64,000 nucleotides of DNA from Octopus vulgaris. Lineage: Eukaryota. The notes below the pieces were generated by a model. It did no database searches, was not told where the DNA came from, and saw only the letters and a program-made list of their open reading frames with translations. The translations under genes were made by a program, and so were the position numbers. The stretch covers positions 20,460,001 through 20,524,000 of the forward strand of contig OX597835.1 of assembly GCA_951406725.2 (NCBI GenBank). The letters are read 5' to 3'. Positions 1 through 13,680 of this stretch are shown piece after piece (the first letter of the stretch is position 1; each line of letters starts with the position of its first letter).

Positions 1-239
1 ATGAGTATCTGCATACACACAAACACAGACTAACATATATTTAAAAGTTTTTTTTATATCGAGGTATAAGCATAAACAATTTAAAATTGATCTGAAGGAT
101 TTCACAATAATGTTCTAGCGCGTACACATCATACTTCCATAAGTTCGATGAAGACAAGCAATGTGAGTGCGTGTGTGTATGTGAGTGTGATTTGCGTGTG
201 TGGGATTGTGTGGGTGCGGGTGTCTTGTATTTTTTTTTA

Positions 240-580
240 GTTTTTATTCATTTACATTCTTTCTCTGAAGAAGGTGCTGGTTTCTAACAAAGATAGAAAT
301 CCGCATCTTTGGAATGTAGATAACGAAAAACAATGGTACATTTTAAACCTCAGAAAAGTTGTGCGTAGTTTTACGGTTCCGTTCGCAGTTTATATTTGTA
401 ATGTGCGAACCAGTTAGTTGATTTTTTTTACTTTTATTTTATTTATTTAATTCTTTTTTTGAAAATCCCAGCGTATCAAGATTGACAGTCAGGCATTTTC
501 TTACAAATCCAAGTGCTCCAATTAATACTGGTATCATATTGAATTAGTAATCCGGATAGACAAGCTGATAGTTTCTAAGC
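240..580 (-). mobile_element. Degenerate 3' fragment of a non-LTR retrotransposon (R4/Dong-like), older copy
   Basis: Diverged homolog of 870-1140 (shared ggtttctaacaaagata...catctttg...gaaaagt...tttac..ttcc...ttgtaatgt.cgaa). Confidence 0.45.
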
Positions 581-587
581 AATTTTC

Positions 588-651
<64 letters not shown>

Positions 652-654
652 ACA

Positions 655-693
<39 letters not shown>

Positions 694-695
<2 letters not shown>

Positions 696-812
696 AAGAG
701 CGTAGGCTCGAAACGTAAAAGACTTGTTTTATTTATATTCCTGAGCGCCATACTAATACAATTGTTTGTTTGTATTCCTTCGTCTTTTGTTTATTTTCAT
801 AAAGCTTCCCGT
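694..812 (+). mobile_element. 5'-truncated PLE-type terminal fragment with partial hammerhead (CCGACGA family)
   Basis: tgaa-GAGC gtag GCTC-GAAA-CG-TA at 694-717; downstream ttcctgagcg..ata.taatac matches the 43695-43916 element; flanked by (TA)n. Confidence 0.6.
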
Positions 813-826
813 TATATATATATATC

Positions 827-861
<35 letters not shown>

Positions 862-869
862 CTCTTCTA

Positions 870-1140
870 CGTTTTAATTATTATAAATCTTCCAATGAGG
901 AGGGAGCCAGTTTCCAACAAAGATACAAGGCTCCATCTTTGAGATGTAGTTAACACAGAAAAAATAACGTTTGGAACTTGAGAAAAGTCTTGAATATTTT
1001 TACTGTTCCACCCAAAGATTGCGCTTGTAATGTACGAATTAAAGTGTCGATTTCTCTTTCTGAAAATTCCAGTTTATCCAGATTCTCCTATAAGCATTCG
1101 AATTTTATTCTCTCCAAATTCACCATGAGCGCTAACTGAT
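870..1140 (-). mobile_element. 3' end of an RLE-type non-LTR retrotransposon (R4/Dong-like)
   Basis: Minus strand reads ENLDKLEFSEREIDTLIRTLQAQSLGGTVKIFKTFLKF, resembling the R4-type ORF C-terminus. Confidence 0.5.
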
Positions 1141-1576
1141 TTCCTCAAGTACCATCGGGAATTTCATACGATTATGCACCCCCCGCAAAAAAAGGAAATA
1201 GGGGGTACGTGTGATTTAAGGCCTATTTGGCTGTTACTTTAACTACATCTCTGAATCAGGGTCCAAGCAGCAGATGGTCGCCGCATGGCGCAGAACACAG
1301 CGTAGAAGATATTTGTAAACAAGTGCTATCTCGCAGACAAAATAGTTCTCATATTTGGCTTGTTTCTATGGAAACGGGTATGACTGCGTCTGTCTTACGA
1401 CTGGAAAAATTACTGAATAGGAAATCAATTATAGCAGGGATCGAAAACATTGAAAATTGGCAGCCCAATGGAACAGATCCTCATATACGAGATCTGATCG
1501 ATAAGTATATGGAGGGTTGCCATAGTAACGATGCTAAAGCACGCAAAGTAAAGCCGCTTGGCGCAGAGTGACCGTG

Positions 1577-2378
1577 TATACGGTTGTGTATGCTCACTGA
1601 GTTTTAGCATTCTAGCTAATTTCTGCTGTTTATAGCAGCTCTTTGAAGGAAGAAGTGTAGCATGTGATCGTCGCATTAACCATGACAGAAAACGTTCTCA
1701 TGGCGATCCCTACTCAGAGGCCTACGCAATGTTGTACAAAGGGTATGGAGAGAAGTGTATGAGCCGCATACAAGTGTGCATGTGGGCCGCACATTTCCAC
1801 TATAACCGGAAAAATGTCGATATTGACGAACGTTCTGCGAGACCCGCAACCACCAGAACTGAGAAAAACATCTCAGATGTGCATGAAGCTCCGAGAGGAA
1901 TTCATCGATTAAACATCTGTAAGATATCAGAGGATGTGTAGATTAGTTACGGTTCAGTTGAATCCATTATCACTGAATATTTGGTTATGAGACGCGTGTC
2001 TGCCAAGTTTGTACCAAAAGTGCTTTCAGCCGACCCAAAAGCATTTGGGTTTCAGTTGCACACGATCTTGATTGTGTCGCCAACGATGAAAACCTTGTGA
2101 AAAAGTATGCGTAGGCCTCATTGGAGGTATTGCCAAGATTTTGGCGAAATTTGATGCAGATTCTCTGCACATTTTCTGTCATGTTCACTGAGACGATTAC
2201 AGTTTACACATCTTCATTGCAAGCGTAGCTGTATACAGCAGAATTAAGCTAGACCGTTAAGACTTAGTGCGACCGCACAGCAGAGTTAAGAGTCAATCTA
2301 TTTCAAACAGCTTCCTTCTGTAGGCTCTAGCATCGTTACTATAGCAACAGCCCGGATACTTATGAATTATACCACGTA
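1577..2378. mobile_element. Mariner-like remnant with inverted duplication of its 5' portion
   Basis: Plus strand EAYAMLYKGYGEKCMSRIQV...DERSARPATTRTEKN...ISYGSVESIITEYLVMRRVSAKFVPKVL (mariner HTH and WVPHEL-like motif); minus strand MTENVQRICIKFRQNLGNTSNEAYA; TIR-like tacgtggtataattcataagtatccgg ending about 2378. Confidence 0.75.
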
Positions 2379-2407
2379 TATATATATGCTACATTTTCCT
2401 GTTTCAG

Positions 2408-3009
<602 letters not shown>

Positions 3010-3397
3010 GTATGTATATGTGTCTGTTTGTATGTATGTGTATGCACGTACATATAATAATAATACGGTTTGTGCAAGCGTACAAGATGCATTGTCAACA
3101 TTTCAAAAGCAACGTCATTAAGATAGACGCAGACAACAATGCCGATTCCTCGGTTGTATTGGGTTTTCTTTTTACGTGAAATATGTGACATCGATAACAA
3201 TGTAAATGGTTTTGGCCCTCGGTCATGAGAGGAGAACACAAACGTCGCGCGCATAGATACACACGCACATGCACACATACACTCATAGATATGCGCGTAT
3301 ATGTATATACTAACAAACAGCAAATACCAACTTGTAACTAATAAGGAAAATGACTGGTCATTTTATTCACTTTTTCACACTAGTGTATAATGGTTTA

Positions 3398-3490
3398 TGA
3401 CTGTAATAAATATTGACCGCAGTAAACACTGACCACAATAATGTCTAACTACAATAAATGCTGACCGCAATAAATTCTGGCGACAATTAC
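3398..3490 (+). repeat. Degenerate minisatellite, about 16-17 bp unit (ctgaccgcaataaat-like)
   Basis: About 5 imperfect units. Confidence 0.55.
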
Positions 3491-3719
3491 AGTTGTTCTA
3501 ACGGCATTTACAATTTTTCTGTTGTACCTATCATTTCTATTGTTTGCATTCATAGAACGTATTAAATATGAGGACAGAAATATCGAGAGAATTAAACGAG
3601 ATGAAGAAACCGTCATCACAATTTAACGATTTACTTTTTGTCAAAAGGGGCTTTGTTATACATTCTTTATGAGGAATCGTTGTTCTTCTTTGTGTTGTTG
3701 TTGTTGTTCTTCTTCTTCT

Positions 3720-3935
3720 TGATTTTGCCTTCCATCCTTTCGGTGTCGATAAAATAGATACCAGTTGAGCACTGTGGTAAATCTAATCGACTAGTCGTCC
3801 CCACCACCGAGATTCCAGGCCGAATGCCTATAGTAGAAAGAGAGCCCTTGTGGCCAACACAAACAAAAGAATTTTCCTTATTATTAAAGTGGCGTGCTGG
3901 CAGAATCTTTAGCCGTCGGTAAAAATGCTTAGCGG
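3720..3935 (+). mobile_element. Diverged SINE family D pieces (body followed by a second head)
   Basis: ttgccttccatcctttcggtgtcgataaa...accagttgagcactg, then ggcgtgctggcagaatc.ttagc. Confidence 0.6.
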
Positions 3936-3939
3936 AAGG

Positions 3940-5500
3940 CACGAAGCCAATAAAAGTTGTGGTTGAGGGTGGAAAATATAAGTGCTACTTCTGCGGAAGT
4001 ACAACCCATCAAAATGCTGTCTGCTCTCAATTAAAGGAATTTCTATTCCTTTAATTGAAAGCCGACAGGACCACATCTAGTTGAAGCCCCAAAACAAGTC
4101 AAGACCGCTACAATCAAAACTCGATAGCGGAAAAAGTTTAGCTCTTACTCCAGCTGAAGAGCAAGCTCAAAATGTACTGTTTCACAACCAATCTAAAAAT
4201 ATTACCATTCCGATTTCGACCAGATTTTTCCATATTCCACCGATAAATCGGAGAAGGATCAGGCGATGGGTGGCAAACTGTCTCCCGAAGAGGGTTCAGA
4301 GCCCTACACCGAAAGCTCAATAACGGCAGCTACAAACACAAAAACTTCCTCTTCAACCCACTTCTCAACTACTTCAACATCAGCAGCAGCATTAACAACA
4401 AAAACAACAGCAGCATCAAAAGCAATAACAGCAGTGACATCAACAACAGCAGTACCAAAAACCAACAGCACCAACAACAAAGAAAATTTGTTAAAAATTT
4501 TAAACCCATCCCAAAATTCCTGCCTCAGTTTCACAGTTATGAACAAACTCAACAGTGACTTGTATTAGTTAATGGAAAATAAAAATGAATTTGAAATAAA
4601 GAGCGAAGAATTTGAGAATGGAATTCTCAAAACACTGAAAGGCAGAATTTTATTTAAAACATCAGTAGACTTTTAGAGGACAATTCCAGAAAAATACCCA
4701 TTTAGTGTTGCAATTTATAAAGTTATTGACAAGAGAGTGTTAGAAGGGCCGTTCAAAAGACAGCCGTCCGGAGAGAATTCCGCAAAAATCAAGGTGAGTG
4801 ATCTTCTCCGTTCTCTTTCTCCTACTGACATGTCAACTCTGAAATTAGGCTGAGCGAAAGTGCGTGGCCAGGAGCCAGCTTGGAAGGAAGGTCGCTTGCT
4901 CAACGACCTGAGGTCACTTGAAAAATGTGTTGCTTGTATTAGTGAGATTTCTAATAGCGAGATTTCTAATAAGGATTTCTAATAAGCAATCTCTAGCACC
5001 CATCTCGAAGATTATGCGGTATTCTCCTCTTGTGGTCTGTCGGGAGCACACGATGGAGTAGCAGTCTTATTCCGAAAATCTTTGTTGACATGTACAAGTA
5101 ATCTCGGACACGGAAAGTAGCTTGGTGGTCCTGGGCGTGAATGGCGACGAAGGTAGCGCTTGTAGACCAGTGACCGTTTATACCCCGACATGAACTGGAG
5201 GGCAAGATTTCAGGTGTCTTGATAATTTCCTGAGAATGTCTCACATATTAGTACTAATGGGGGACTAGAATAGTATTTCGTACGAACGGAAGGTAATTTT
5301 GTTTTGATCCCAACGATAACATGAGTGGCCCGAAACCGTATCAACTCTTGGCTTTGCCTTGAAAAATATTGGAGTGTATAGAGACATGGTACTTGCTGTT
5401 TGATCAAACGCTGACCTTCCACAACGTAAAAATGTATTCAAACATACCCCACTGGCTTTCACAAGTCAAGGCTTAGTGAAGAATGCTTCTGATGCAATTT
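3940..5500 (+). mobile_element. Degenerate L1/Tx1-like LINE: ORF1 zinc knuckle plus ORF2 APE endonuclease remnant
   Basis: CYFCGSTTHQNAVC (CX2CX4HX4C) at 3983-4024; T/S/A-rich linker; VRGQEPAWKEGRLLNDLRSLEKCVACISE (APE N-terminus) near 4860-4950; LVLMGD*N (GDFN-like) near 5250. Confidence 0.7.
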
Positions 5501-6644
5501 TTAACTGTTTCCAAATCAAATCCCCCAAGCATAGGCCTTGATCATTCATTTGTTTAATGAATAAATTACTTGGAAGGTGAGCTACAAGTATAATTCGTTT
5601 CGGTGATTTCGAGATTCTAGGTATAAAAAGAAAAATGTTTATACTCATTCGGAGACCTAGCTAGTATTAGAATTACATTTCGTGACCAAATAAGTTTCCG
5701 AAATAATTAAGAGAATACCGTTAGAGCTCCGTGCGTATAAGCTACCAACTCTGACTTTAAAATTAAGAAAAGTCGGCAACCCCAAGCAATCCTCTATTTT
5801 TAGAGACATTAAACAAGTTTTCTCCATCATGACTTGTACCCTTTTTTTGTCTATATTGGACTAAAAACACTACGACCAGCTTGATATACATATTCCCATT
5901 ATATCAATGAATCACATTTCTTTTCTACCTTTTTGATGTGTGAGCTAGGTATTCTGTGCAAGGTAGATTGAGCGGCTAGAAATAGCAGAGAAAAATTTCC
6001 TTTAAATCCCACAGCACCGACTTCAACGAAAAAAGTAGATATAATATAGTTATATATACTACCCCCACCCAAAAGACAAACATCGATTAATAGAAAGTGT
6101 TGTTATTTCTTAAACAACTTGCTCTCTTTGAATTTTTAATCCCACCAGTATTGGCTTTCGGCCGTTTATATCCCACCGGACTCGATAAAAGAAAAACCTG
6201 ATATGTATTGCGGACAAATCAATGAATTGCAGAGCTTGTTTACAACTTTATGGCTCGCTGCCAATCTAAGAATTATTTATTAAATTTAATGGGAGGCAGG
6301 AAATATGTATATTTTTACAAAGAAATTCTCAAGAGATCACGCATCAGACCCGGTTAAGAAATCCGGTTTGAACTGGTCGTTTGACGTCGTTAATGTCATA
6401 GAGATAAATGCGGTTTTCACGAGTTTCCTGTTGCAAACTTTTCTTATCTTCTCTTGCAGTCTGTAAGTTCAAATGTTTCCCATTGGGGCAGAGACCTAAA
6501 TTCTAACAAAAGTAAAACTCTATCTATGAGCGAGATTTATCTCTCATCCTCTTTATACAATAGACATCTATACATAAAAAAAACCTATGGGGGACTCTGT
6601 GTGCGGCAAGCCAACATGCTACAAAGAGCAAATAATTTCAATTA

Positions 6645-6860
6645 ACTTCGGTTTCAAATTTCGCATAAGGCCAACAATTTTGGGATGTAGTAAATCGATT
6701 GCATCGACCCCCAGATGTCAACTGGTATTTACTTCATACAACACGAAAGGATGAAAAGTAAAGTCGACCTCGGCGGAATTTGAACTGAGAACGTAAAGAT
6801 AGACGAAATGCCACTAAGCATTTTGCCCATCATGCTAACGATTCTGCCAGATCACCGCGT
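6645..6860 (-). mobile_element. tRNA-derived SINE family D (diverged)
   Basis: Reverse complement of ...gcagaatcgttagc...ttcaaattccgccgaggtcgacttt.ctttcatcctttcg. Confidence 0.8.
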
Positions 6861-6927
6861 AAGTCCTACTAATATTATCCCAAGAGTTTTCACTAACATT
6901 AAGAACAGTTGTATAATGTATTTCTAA

Positions 6928-7012
6928 TACCGTAATTCCTCGCCATGTCGCGGTTCACCTATCGCGGTTCACTTATCGCGGTTCACCTATCGCGGTTCAC
7001 CTATCGCGGGTT
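6928..7012 (+). mobile_element. pogo/Tigger-like terminal fragment with a 14-bp tandem array
   Basis: ta|ccgtaattcctcgcc followed by (tcgcggttcaccta) about 4.5 times. Confidence 0.5.
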
Positions 7013-7191
7013 AATATTTAAGCTTACGTCGATTCCTCCGTCGTGTTGTTTTGCATTTATAATAAATACATTTTCTTTCACCATTTTATTCCTTTAGAAT
7101 AATACCAATGTTGTCTTCGAAACATGTCGGAAGTAAAAGAATTTAAACACACCTGCGTTTAACTCTTTTTGTTTATTTATATATATATATA

Positions 7192-7363
7192 GGCGCAGGA
7201 GTGGCTATGTGGTAATAGCTTGCTAACCAACCACATGGTTCCAGGTTCAGTTCCACAGCGTGGCATCTTGGGCAAGTGTCTTCTGTTATAGCCCCGGGCC
7301 GACCAATGCCTTGTGAGTGGATTTGGTAGACGGAAAGTGAAAGAAGCCTGTCGTATATATGTG

Positions 7364-7394
<31 letters not shown>

Positions 7395-7611
7395 TTGTGT
7401 GTCTGTGTTTATACCCCTAGCATTGCTTGACAACCGATGCTGGTGTGCTTACGTCCCCGTCACTTAGCGGTTCGGCAAAAAGAGCCCGATAGAATAAGTA
7501 CTGGGCTTACAAAGAATAAGTCCCGGGGTTGATTTGCTCGACTAAAGGCGGTGCTCCAGCATGGCCGCAGTCAAATGACTGAAACAAGTAAAAAAGTAAA
7601 GAGTAAAGAGT
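7192..7611 (+). mobile_element. tRNA-derived SINE family A, full length
   Basis: A-box tggctatgtgg, B-box-like ggttcagttcc, internal (TA)/(TG) tract, tail cagcatggccgcagtcaaatgactgaaacaag(taaagag)n; more than 10 copies in the window. Confidence 0.9.
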
Positions 7612-7779
7612 ATATATATTATACAAAATATTTCGCATCAACCCGTAGTTGCTACCTTTGCAAACAGGGAGTTATGTCCTTATTAATTGTGTGATATTTT
7701 GCTGCCCTCATAACTATTTGTCTATTTTCCTTGTTAATTGTAAACAAGGGAAAATACACACATCCATATATATATGGGA

Positions 7780-8159
7780 TGGAAGCACTCTGTCGGTTAC
7801 GACGACGAGTGTTCCGGTTGATCCGATCAACGGAACAGCCTGCTCGTGAAATTAACGTGTAAGTGGCTGAGCACTCCACAGATACGTGTACCATTAACGT
7901 AGTTCTCGGGGATATTCAACGTGACACAGAGAGTGACAAGGCCGGCCCTTTGAAATAAAGGTACAACAGAAACAGGAAGTAAGAGTGAGAGAAAGTTGTG
8001 GTGAAAGAGTACAGCAGGGATCACCACCATCCCCTGCCGGAGCCTCGTGGAGCTTTAGATGTTTTCGCTCAATAAACACTCACAACGCCCGGTCTGGGAA
8101 TCGAAACCGCGATCCTACGACCGCGAGTCCGCTGCCCTAACCACTGGGCCATTGCGCCA
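7780..8159 (-). mobile_element. tRNA-derived SINE family B, full length
   Basis: Head ggcgcaatggcccagtggttagggcagcggactcgcggtcg...tttcgattcc; near-identical to the 16790, 22029 and 58567 copies. Confidence 0.9.
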
Positions 8160-8831
8160 TATATATTGCATTTGACTCACTGGTCGTTAACTTAAGAGAA
8201 ATTGGACACGTTCTGTGTCTGCTCTTCGTTTGTGCATTTACCATACAGAATAGTAGCTACATTTGGAATAACTTTGATCAGTGACCTGAGCTAAGCAATC
8301 AAACAAAAACTGAACCAATCCTGTATTCAAAATAGTTTCTATGGCGGTTTCTCTAAACAGCAAATCAAGTATCCTGACGCCTAAACAACACGTACAATGC
8401 ATCCAACAATGGCTTTCAGACTCATTGTGTGATGTGATCCCGTAAAACATTATCCAAACCCTTATTGCTGTTCTTGTTTGAGATAGAGGTCATCTGTGGT
8501 GGGAAAACTAGATGGAAATAATTACAGTCAGATCATCCGTTTCATTTTAGGCAAAATACAATAGGACTTTAAACAACTAAATTTTCTTCCCTTTAGCAAG
8601 GAAATAAGTTACGATTTGAGTGGTAGTTTTAGTTAAGATATATAAAAGCGTTCAGACGAGCGCTTAGAGGCTCCTTAACTGGTTGCATATCTACCAAAGT
8701 CTTTAGAAGACCTTTGGAAAATGAGTTTTCCAGTTATGGCTATCTCTAATGAGTAGGGTTATCGTGCTTTTAGGATTCCAATATAAAATATCTTTTAGTA
8801 TTTCACTGTAATTTCAGGTTTATTTGTTTAA

Positions 8832-8935
<104 letters not shown>

Positions 8936-9324
8936 TGTGTAAGTATGTGAGAGTGTGCATGGATTATCCGGAGCGAGTAGCATGTATCGTTGCTTTTGAA
9001 GAGGGCTCTTGAAAGCTTTAAATCCATTAAATTAGCGACTTTTTGCCACTCACGGGACTAATTAGTTTATTGTGATCAAATACATGAGGTTAACAATTTA
9101 TTCGTAAGAAAATTGTAGAAATATCTAACTTTCTTTAATGAGATTCATAAGGTTTTTATTTTTAATTCAGTCAGTTTTCCTTTTGGTAGTGACGGGGTGA
9201 TTATGACATCAATGTATTAATTACTGAGTGATCTTTATTCAATACCATTATACAAAATTATATGCTGACAATATATTTTAAAGTAATATTCGAAATCTAC
9301 CTCTTTTGCAGGCTAGTACACCCC

Positions 9325-9540
9325 TTTCTCCTAAAGGCACAAGGCCTGAAATTTAGTGGGATGGAACTAGACGATTACATCGACACACCCCATTGCATAA
9401 CTGGTACTTAATTTATCGACCCCGAACGGATGGAAGCAAAGTCTACCCCTATGTTATTTAAACTCAGAAGATGAAGACAGACAAAATACCACTAAAGATT
9501 TCGTCCAGCCTGCAAATCATTCTGCTAGCTCAACGCCTTC
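9325..9540 (-). mobile_element. SINE family D (diverged)
   Basis: ctggtacttaatttatcgaccccgaa core. Confidence 0.75.
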
Positions 9541-9562
9541 TTAGCTGGCTGGTATAATGACA

Positions 9563-9951
9563 TCTTTATATATAAAAGTGAAGTTGTGTGTCTGTCTCCT
9601 ACGATTTAGATTCCTAACTACTCCCACATTTTGCGGTGCAAAACCGGGTATCTTATAATCGTGAGTCATATCGAGCCCTTCTGGGTATTAGCGCGCGTCT
9701 ACAATGAGTCTACGATTTAAAGAAAAATTACCATCATTTTTTCCATTTTGATGCATTTTGTTTGCTATTATATAAGGGAAGCAACTCTCAAAAAATGTCT
9801 ACGATGACTCAACGATTTAAAAAAAATTTACCATCATTTTTTTTCTCCATTTTTAATGCATTTGTTTGCTATTTTTTGGCTATAACTCTCTAAAAATGCT
9901 TATATAGTTATTTCCCTTACAAACCCGAGCAACGCCGGGCGATACTGCTAG
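9563..9951 (+). mobile_element. Non-autonomous Helitron
   Basis: Starts with TC after A; subterminal hairpin cccgagcaacgccggg; ends CTAG before T; no TSD; internal duplication of about 95 bp (9700-9790 and 9797-9893). Confidence 0.85.
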
Positions 9952-11009
9952 TACAAAATATATTACTTAATAGGAATCTCGTTGTTCTTTTGCTATGCTA
10001 TGTATTAATCATAAGTGGCATGAAATGTGCCGTGCTCTGAAACAGTTACTTTATATTAAAGATACGTATCTTTTATATCCTTTTGTATTTTGCAAACGTC
10101 TGGTGAAATTCTTCTGATACGAGATGCATATTCGCACATCGTATCGAAACGAGTTGATAGTGGAAGAAATTCGATAGTACCAAGACCTCTGTATTCTGTG
10201 CCCCATGCAGGGTGTTTTGAAATCCAACCTAATGAAAAATACCAAAAGTGAAACAAAAGCTTCTATTAAATAAATGTACTCGTTTATATACAAACGTATG
10301 TATGTCGTCTGTCGTATTCCACATACTATGTTCTCGTCAACGAATTCAAGAAAATATTGCAAGTGAAGAATGTCGGTGTTACTGATAAAATGAACATTGG
10401 AAAACCTCTTAGAAAATCTGCACAACCTGCAAAATCAAAGTGTCATTCTGTTGCCAAAAATTAAAGAAAACGAATGAGGTAGCAATCTGCAAATTGAAAT
10501 TGAACAGAAAAAAAAAACAAAACCACGTTTGTGAGAATTCGTCAGGTGATGAAATCCAGGTAAAAGATTCTGACACAAACACCGTAACATCATCTCCGTC
10601 GACGCTTTCTTAAGTGCTTATTTTTATTATGTGGTTGTCGATTTTGTCTTTTCTAGTCTAATAATAACAATTGAAGCATTAAAGAAAATTTCTGTTCACT
10701 TTTTCATTACTCGAGCAGTATCTGTCTAAATTCGAATTTTTTCCCTCATTAAATGCTGTATGTATTTGTTGAAATTCACAATCGCATGTAAATGACAACG
10801 ATCTTTCAAATGAATTAATGAACTTGAAAATTATTTGCCACTCTGGAGACCTAGAGCATAATATAAAGCATAAAATATATAACTCATAGTAAGAAAACAC
10901 CTCCAGAATTTTGGGATCCAATCCAAATCCTTACGAGCAGATACAGGAAACATCCCAAATTCTTGTAAACAATGAAACTAAAGACTCCACGTTGGCAGAT
11001 TATATATAT

Positions 11010-11405
11010 TTATTTACTGCCCACAAGGGGACAAACAAGGACAGACAAAGGGATTAAGCCGATTACATCGACCCCAGTGCGTATCTGGTACTTCATTGAT
11101 CGACCCCGAAAGGATGAAAGGCAAAGTCGATCCTGGCGGAATTTGAACTGAACGTAACGGCACACAAAATACCTTTTTTTTTACTACCAACAAGGGGCTA
11201 AACACAGAGAGGACAAACAAGGACAGACAAAGGGATTAAGCCGATTACATCGACCCCAGTGCGAAACTGGTACTTCATTGATCGACCCGGAAAGGATGAA
11301 AGTCAACGTCGATCCCGGCTGAATTTGAAATCAGAACGTAACGGCAGACGAAATACCGCAAAGCATTTCGCCCGGCGTGCTAACGTTTCTGCCAGTTCGC
11401 CGCCT
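11010..11405 (-). mobile_element. SINE family D, 1.5-mer with duplicated 3' half
   Basis: Two tandem 3' halves; TSD ttggcagatt at 10992-11001 and 11408-11417. Confidence 0.9.
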
Positions 11406-11776
11406 TTTTGGCAGATTGTATAGTCAATCGGATGCAGGGCGTCGAAATTCACGTGCATTCGGACACAATGTATCGAATCATAATATATCAATGCAACGGA
11501 AAATGCATTTATTCAACATAACAAAAGTGTGCATCGTGTCTGAATAACTCCGTAAATTGCTTAATATAGCTAGAAACAATAAAATAAACCTTAACACAAA
11601 ATGGAATAGCCTGGTAAAATTTTAAAGAACTAATTCAGAAAAGATACGTTAGAATAAAATCTGGTGGTTATCGTTCGAATTAGCCTGGAATGGAACTCAA
11701 TAAAAATATTAATTTCATGCGCACCTTTCTAGAGAAGAATGTAAAAGCAAATGCATTTCTCAAAACCGAAACTATG

Positions 11777-11909
<133 letters not shown>

Positions 11910-12251
11910 TGTATTGAGGAGGTAACTTCCTCGTAAGAGATTATTTATAACAATCCGGATACTAACTGGTGTTATCAAATGTAGTTAAAAAATTTTTCAC
12001 AATATATATATATCTATAAACAGTCTAAAAATGTGTAAAGTTAATTAAAGAAAATAACGAAGAAAAAATATGTAGTTGTGGATACTTAGTTAAATTTAAT
12101 TGTATTACAATTGAAATGTAATACACTTACGATTCAGGATATAAAAGAACCGGATCCACAAAAGAATCTTATATGTGTTAATTTTTCATTGTGATATAAA
12201 TATATTTAACATAGCATCTACTATATATTCTTCTTCATTTTCTTTTAACTT

Positions 12252-12279
<28 letters not shown>

Positions 12280-12283
<4 letters not shown>

Positions 12284-12762
12284 TTAAGGATAAATTATTT
12301 ATAAGAAATTATCAGTAGTTAGCGTGAAAAACCTCGTAAGAGAAAAAATCTGTAAATTTTTCCACTTTGAAAATATTTATTTATATTATATAGAGGGTGC
12401 TATTATTCATAGGTACCGCACGCTAGGAGGGACTTTTGCAGTCAAAACTACTAAAATAAACAAATTGTACCGAATGCAAAATTTCAAAGCGAGTCATTTA
12501 AAAACAGATTTTAGTCACATATCACCTGTGATTTCGCAATCAATGCAGAATATGCATTCTATGCTCTTCAGTGCAACGAACTGAAGACATATAAGGAAAA
12601 AACACAATATAGCATACCCGACAGCCAACCGTAGAATTCGTCGTAGCATGTACGAATGTTTATCTTTACATATCTATGAAAATGGCGGGCTTTGTTTATC
12701 TTAGTAGTTTTGACTGCAAGAGTCCCTCCTAGCGTGCGGTACCTATGAATAATAGTACCCTC

Positions 12763-12773
<11 letters not shown>
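12280..12773 (-). mobile_element. Non-autonomous PLE-like fold-back element with hammerhead
   Basis: 83-bp inverted arms 12382-12464 and 12691-12773; (TA)n on the right; HHR between the arms. Confidence 0.75.
12514..12577 (-). ncRNA. Type-I hammerhead ribozyme motif
   Basis: GUUGCA-CUGAAGA-GCA(uag AAUGCA uauuc UGCAUU gau)UGC-GAAA-UCAC ag GUGA-UA-UGUGAC; stems I, II and III all pair. Confidence 0.8.
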
Positions 12774-12827
<54 letters not shown>

Positions 12828-13231
12828 CACGTTGATGCAACTAGGAAAAAATAGAAGTCAAGATATGAGTATATTTAAATTTTTATTAATATTTAGGAGA
12901 AGAAACACAGTGAGGCAGGATTCGAGAGATTCGTGTATTGGTACTATGCTAACACACAAAACTCTTCCTTCTTGAGTCACTCTGTTACTTCTAAAAATAT
13001 TAATAAACACACACATGTCTGTAAACCCAGCAACTAAAAGCTGATGTGCGGTGCAGAAACAAATCTTCTATCCTCGTGTTATATTATCTCTGTATTAATG
13101 TTATGAAAAGAGGATTTTCGCATCTGTATCCAGAGCCGGAATGTACTCTACTGCTGTATAACATATGGCAGTTAACGACATAACAGCTCTTAACTACACG
13201 TTACGATGTTTTTACTCGACTTATACTAAAT

Positions 13232-13612
13232 ATAGCTTGCTTACCAACCACATGGTTCCGGGTTCAGTCCCACTGCGTGGCACCTTGGACAAGTGTCTTC
13301 TACAATAGCCTTGGGCTGACCAAAGCCTTGTGAGTGGATTTGGTAGACGGAAACTGAAAAGAAGCCCGTCGTATATATGTATATATATATATATATATAT
13401 AAGCATGTGTGTGTTTGTGTGTCTGTGTTTGTCCCCCTAGCATTGCTTGACAACCGATGCTGGTGTGTTTATGTCCCTGTTACTTAGCGGTTCGGCAAAA
13501 GAGACCGATAAAATAAGTACTGGGCTTACAAAAAGAATAAGTCCCGGGGTCCATTTGCTCGACTAAAAAGGTGGTGCTCCAGCATGGCCACAGTCTGAAA
13601 GAAGAACAAAAG
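13232..13612 (+). mobile_element. SINE family A (5'-truncated)
   Basis: High similarity to 7192-7611. Confidence 0.9.
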
Positions 13613-13644
13613 TATATATACACACGCACACACTCATAGCGAGT

Positions 13645-13680
<36 letters not shown>

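Noticed and set aside
1227-1571. 114-aa ORF
   Set aside because: Non-ATG start, begins in repeat-like sequence, no recognisable domain or splice context.
4150-4180. ctgaagagcaagctcaaaa hammerhead-like string
   Set aside because: No GAAA or stem III, and it lies within the LINE ORF1 remnant.
6948-7008. Short regular repeats (CRISPR-like?)
   Set aside because: No spacers; a simple 14-bp tandem array in a eukaryotic transposon end.
10085-10152. Hairpin gatacga.../...tcgtatc-gaaac resembling a decayed hammerhead
   Set aside because: The CUGANGA core is missing and would require assuming a deletion.
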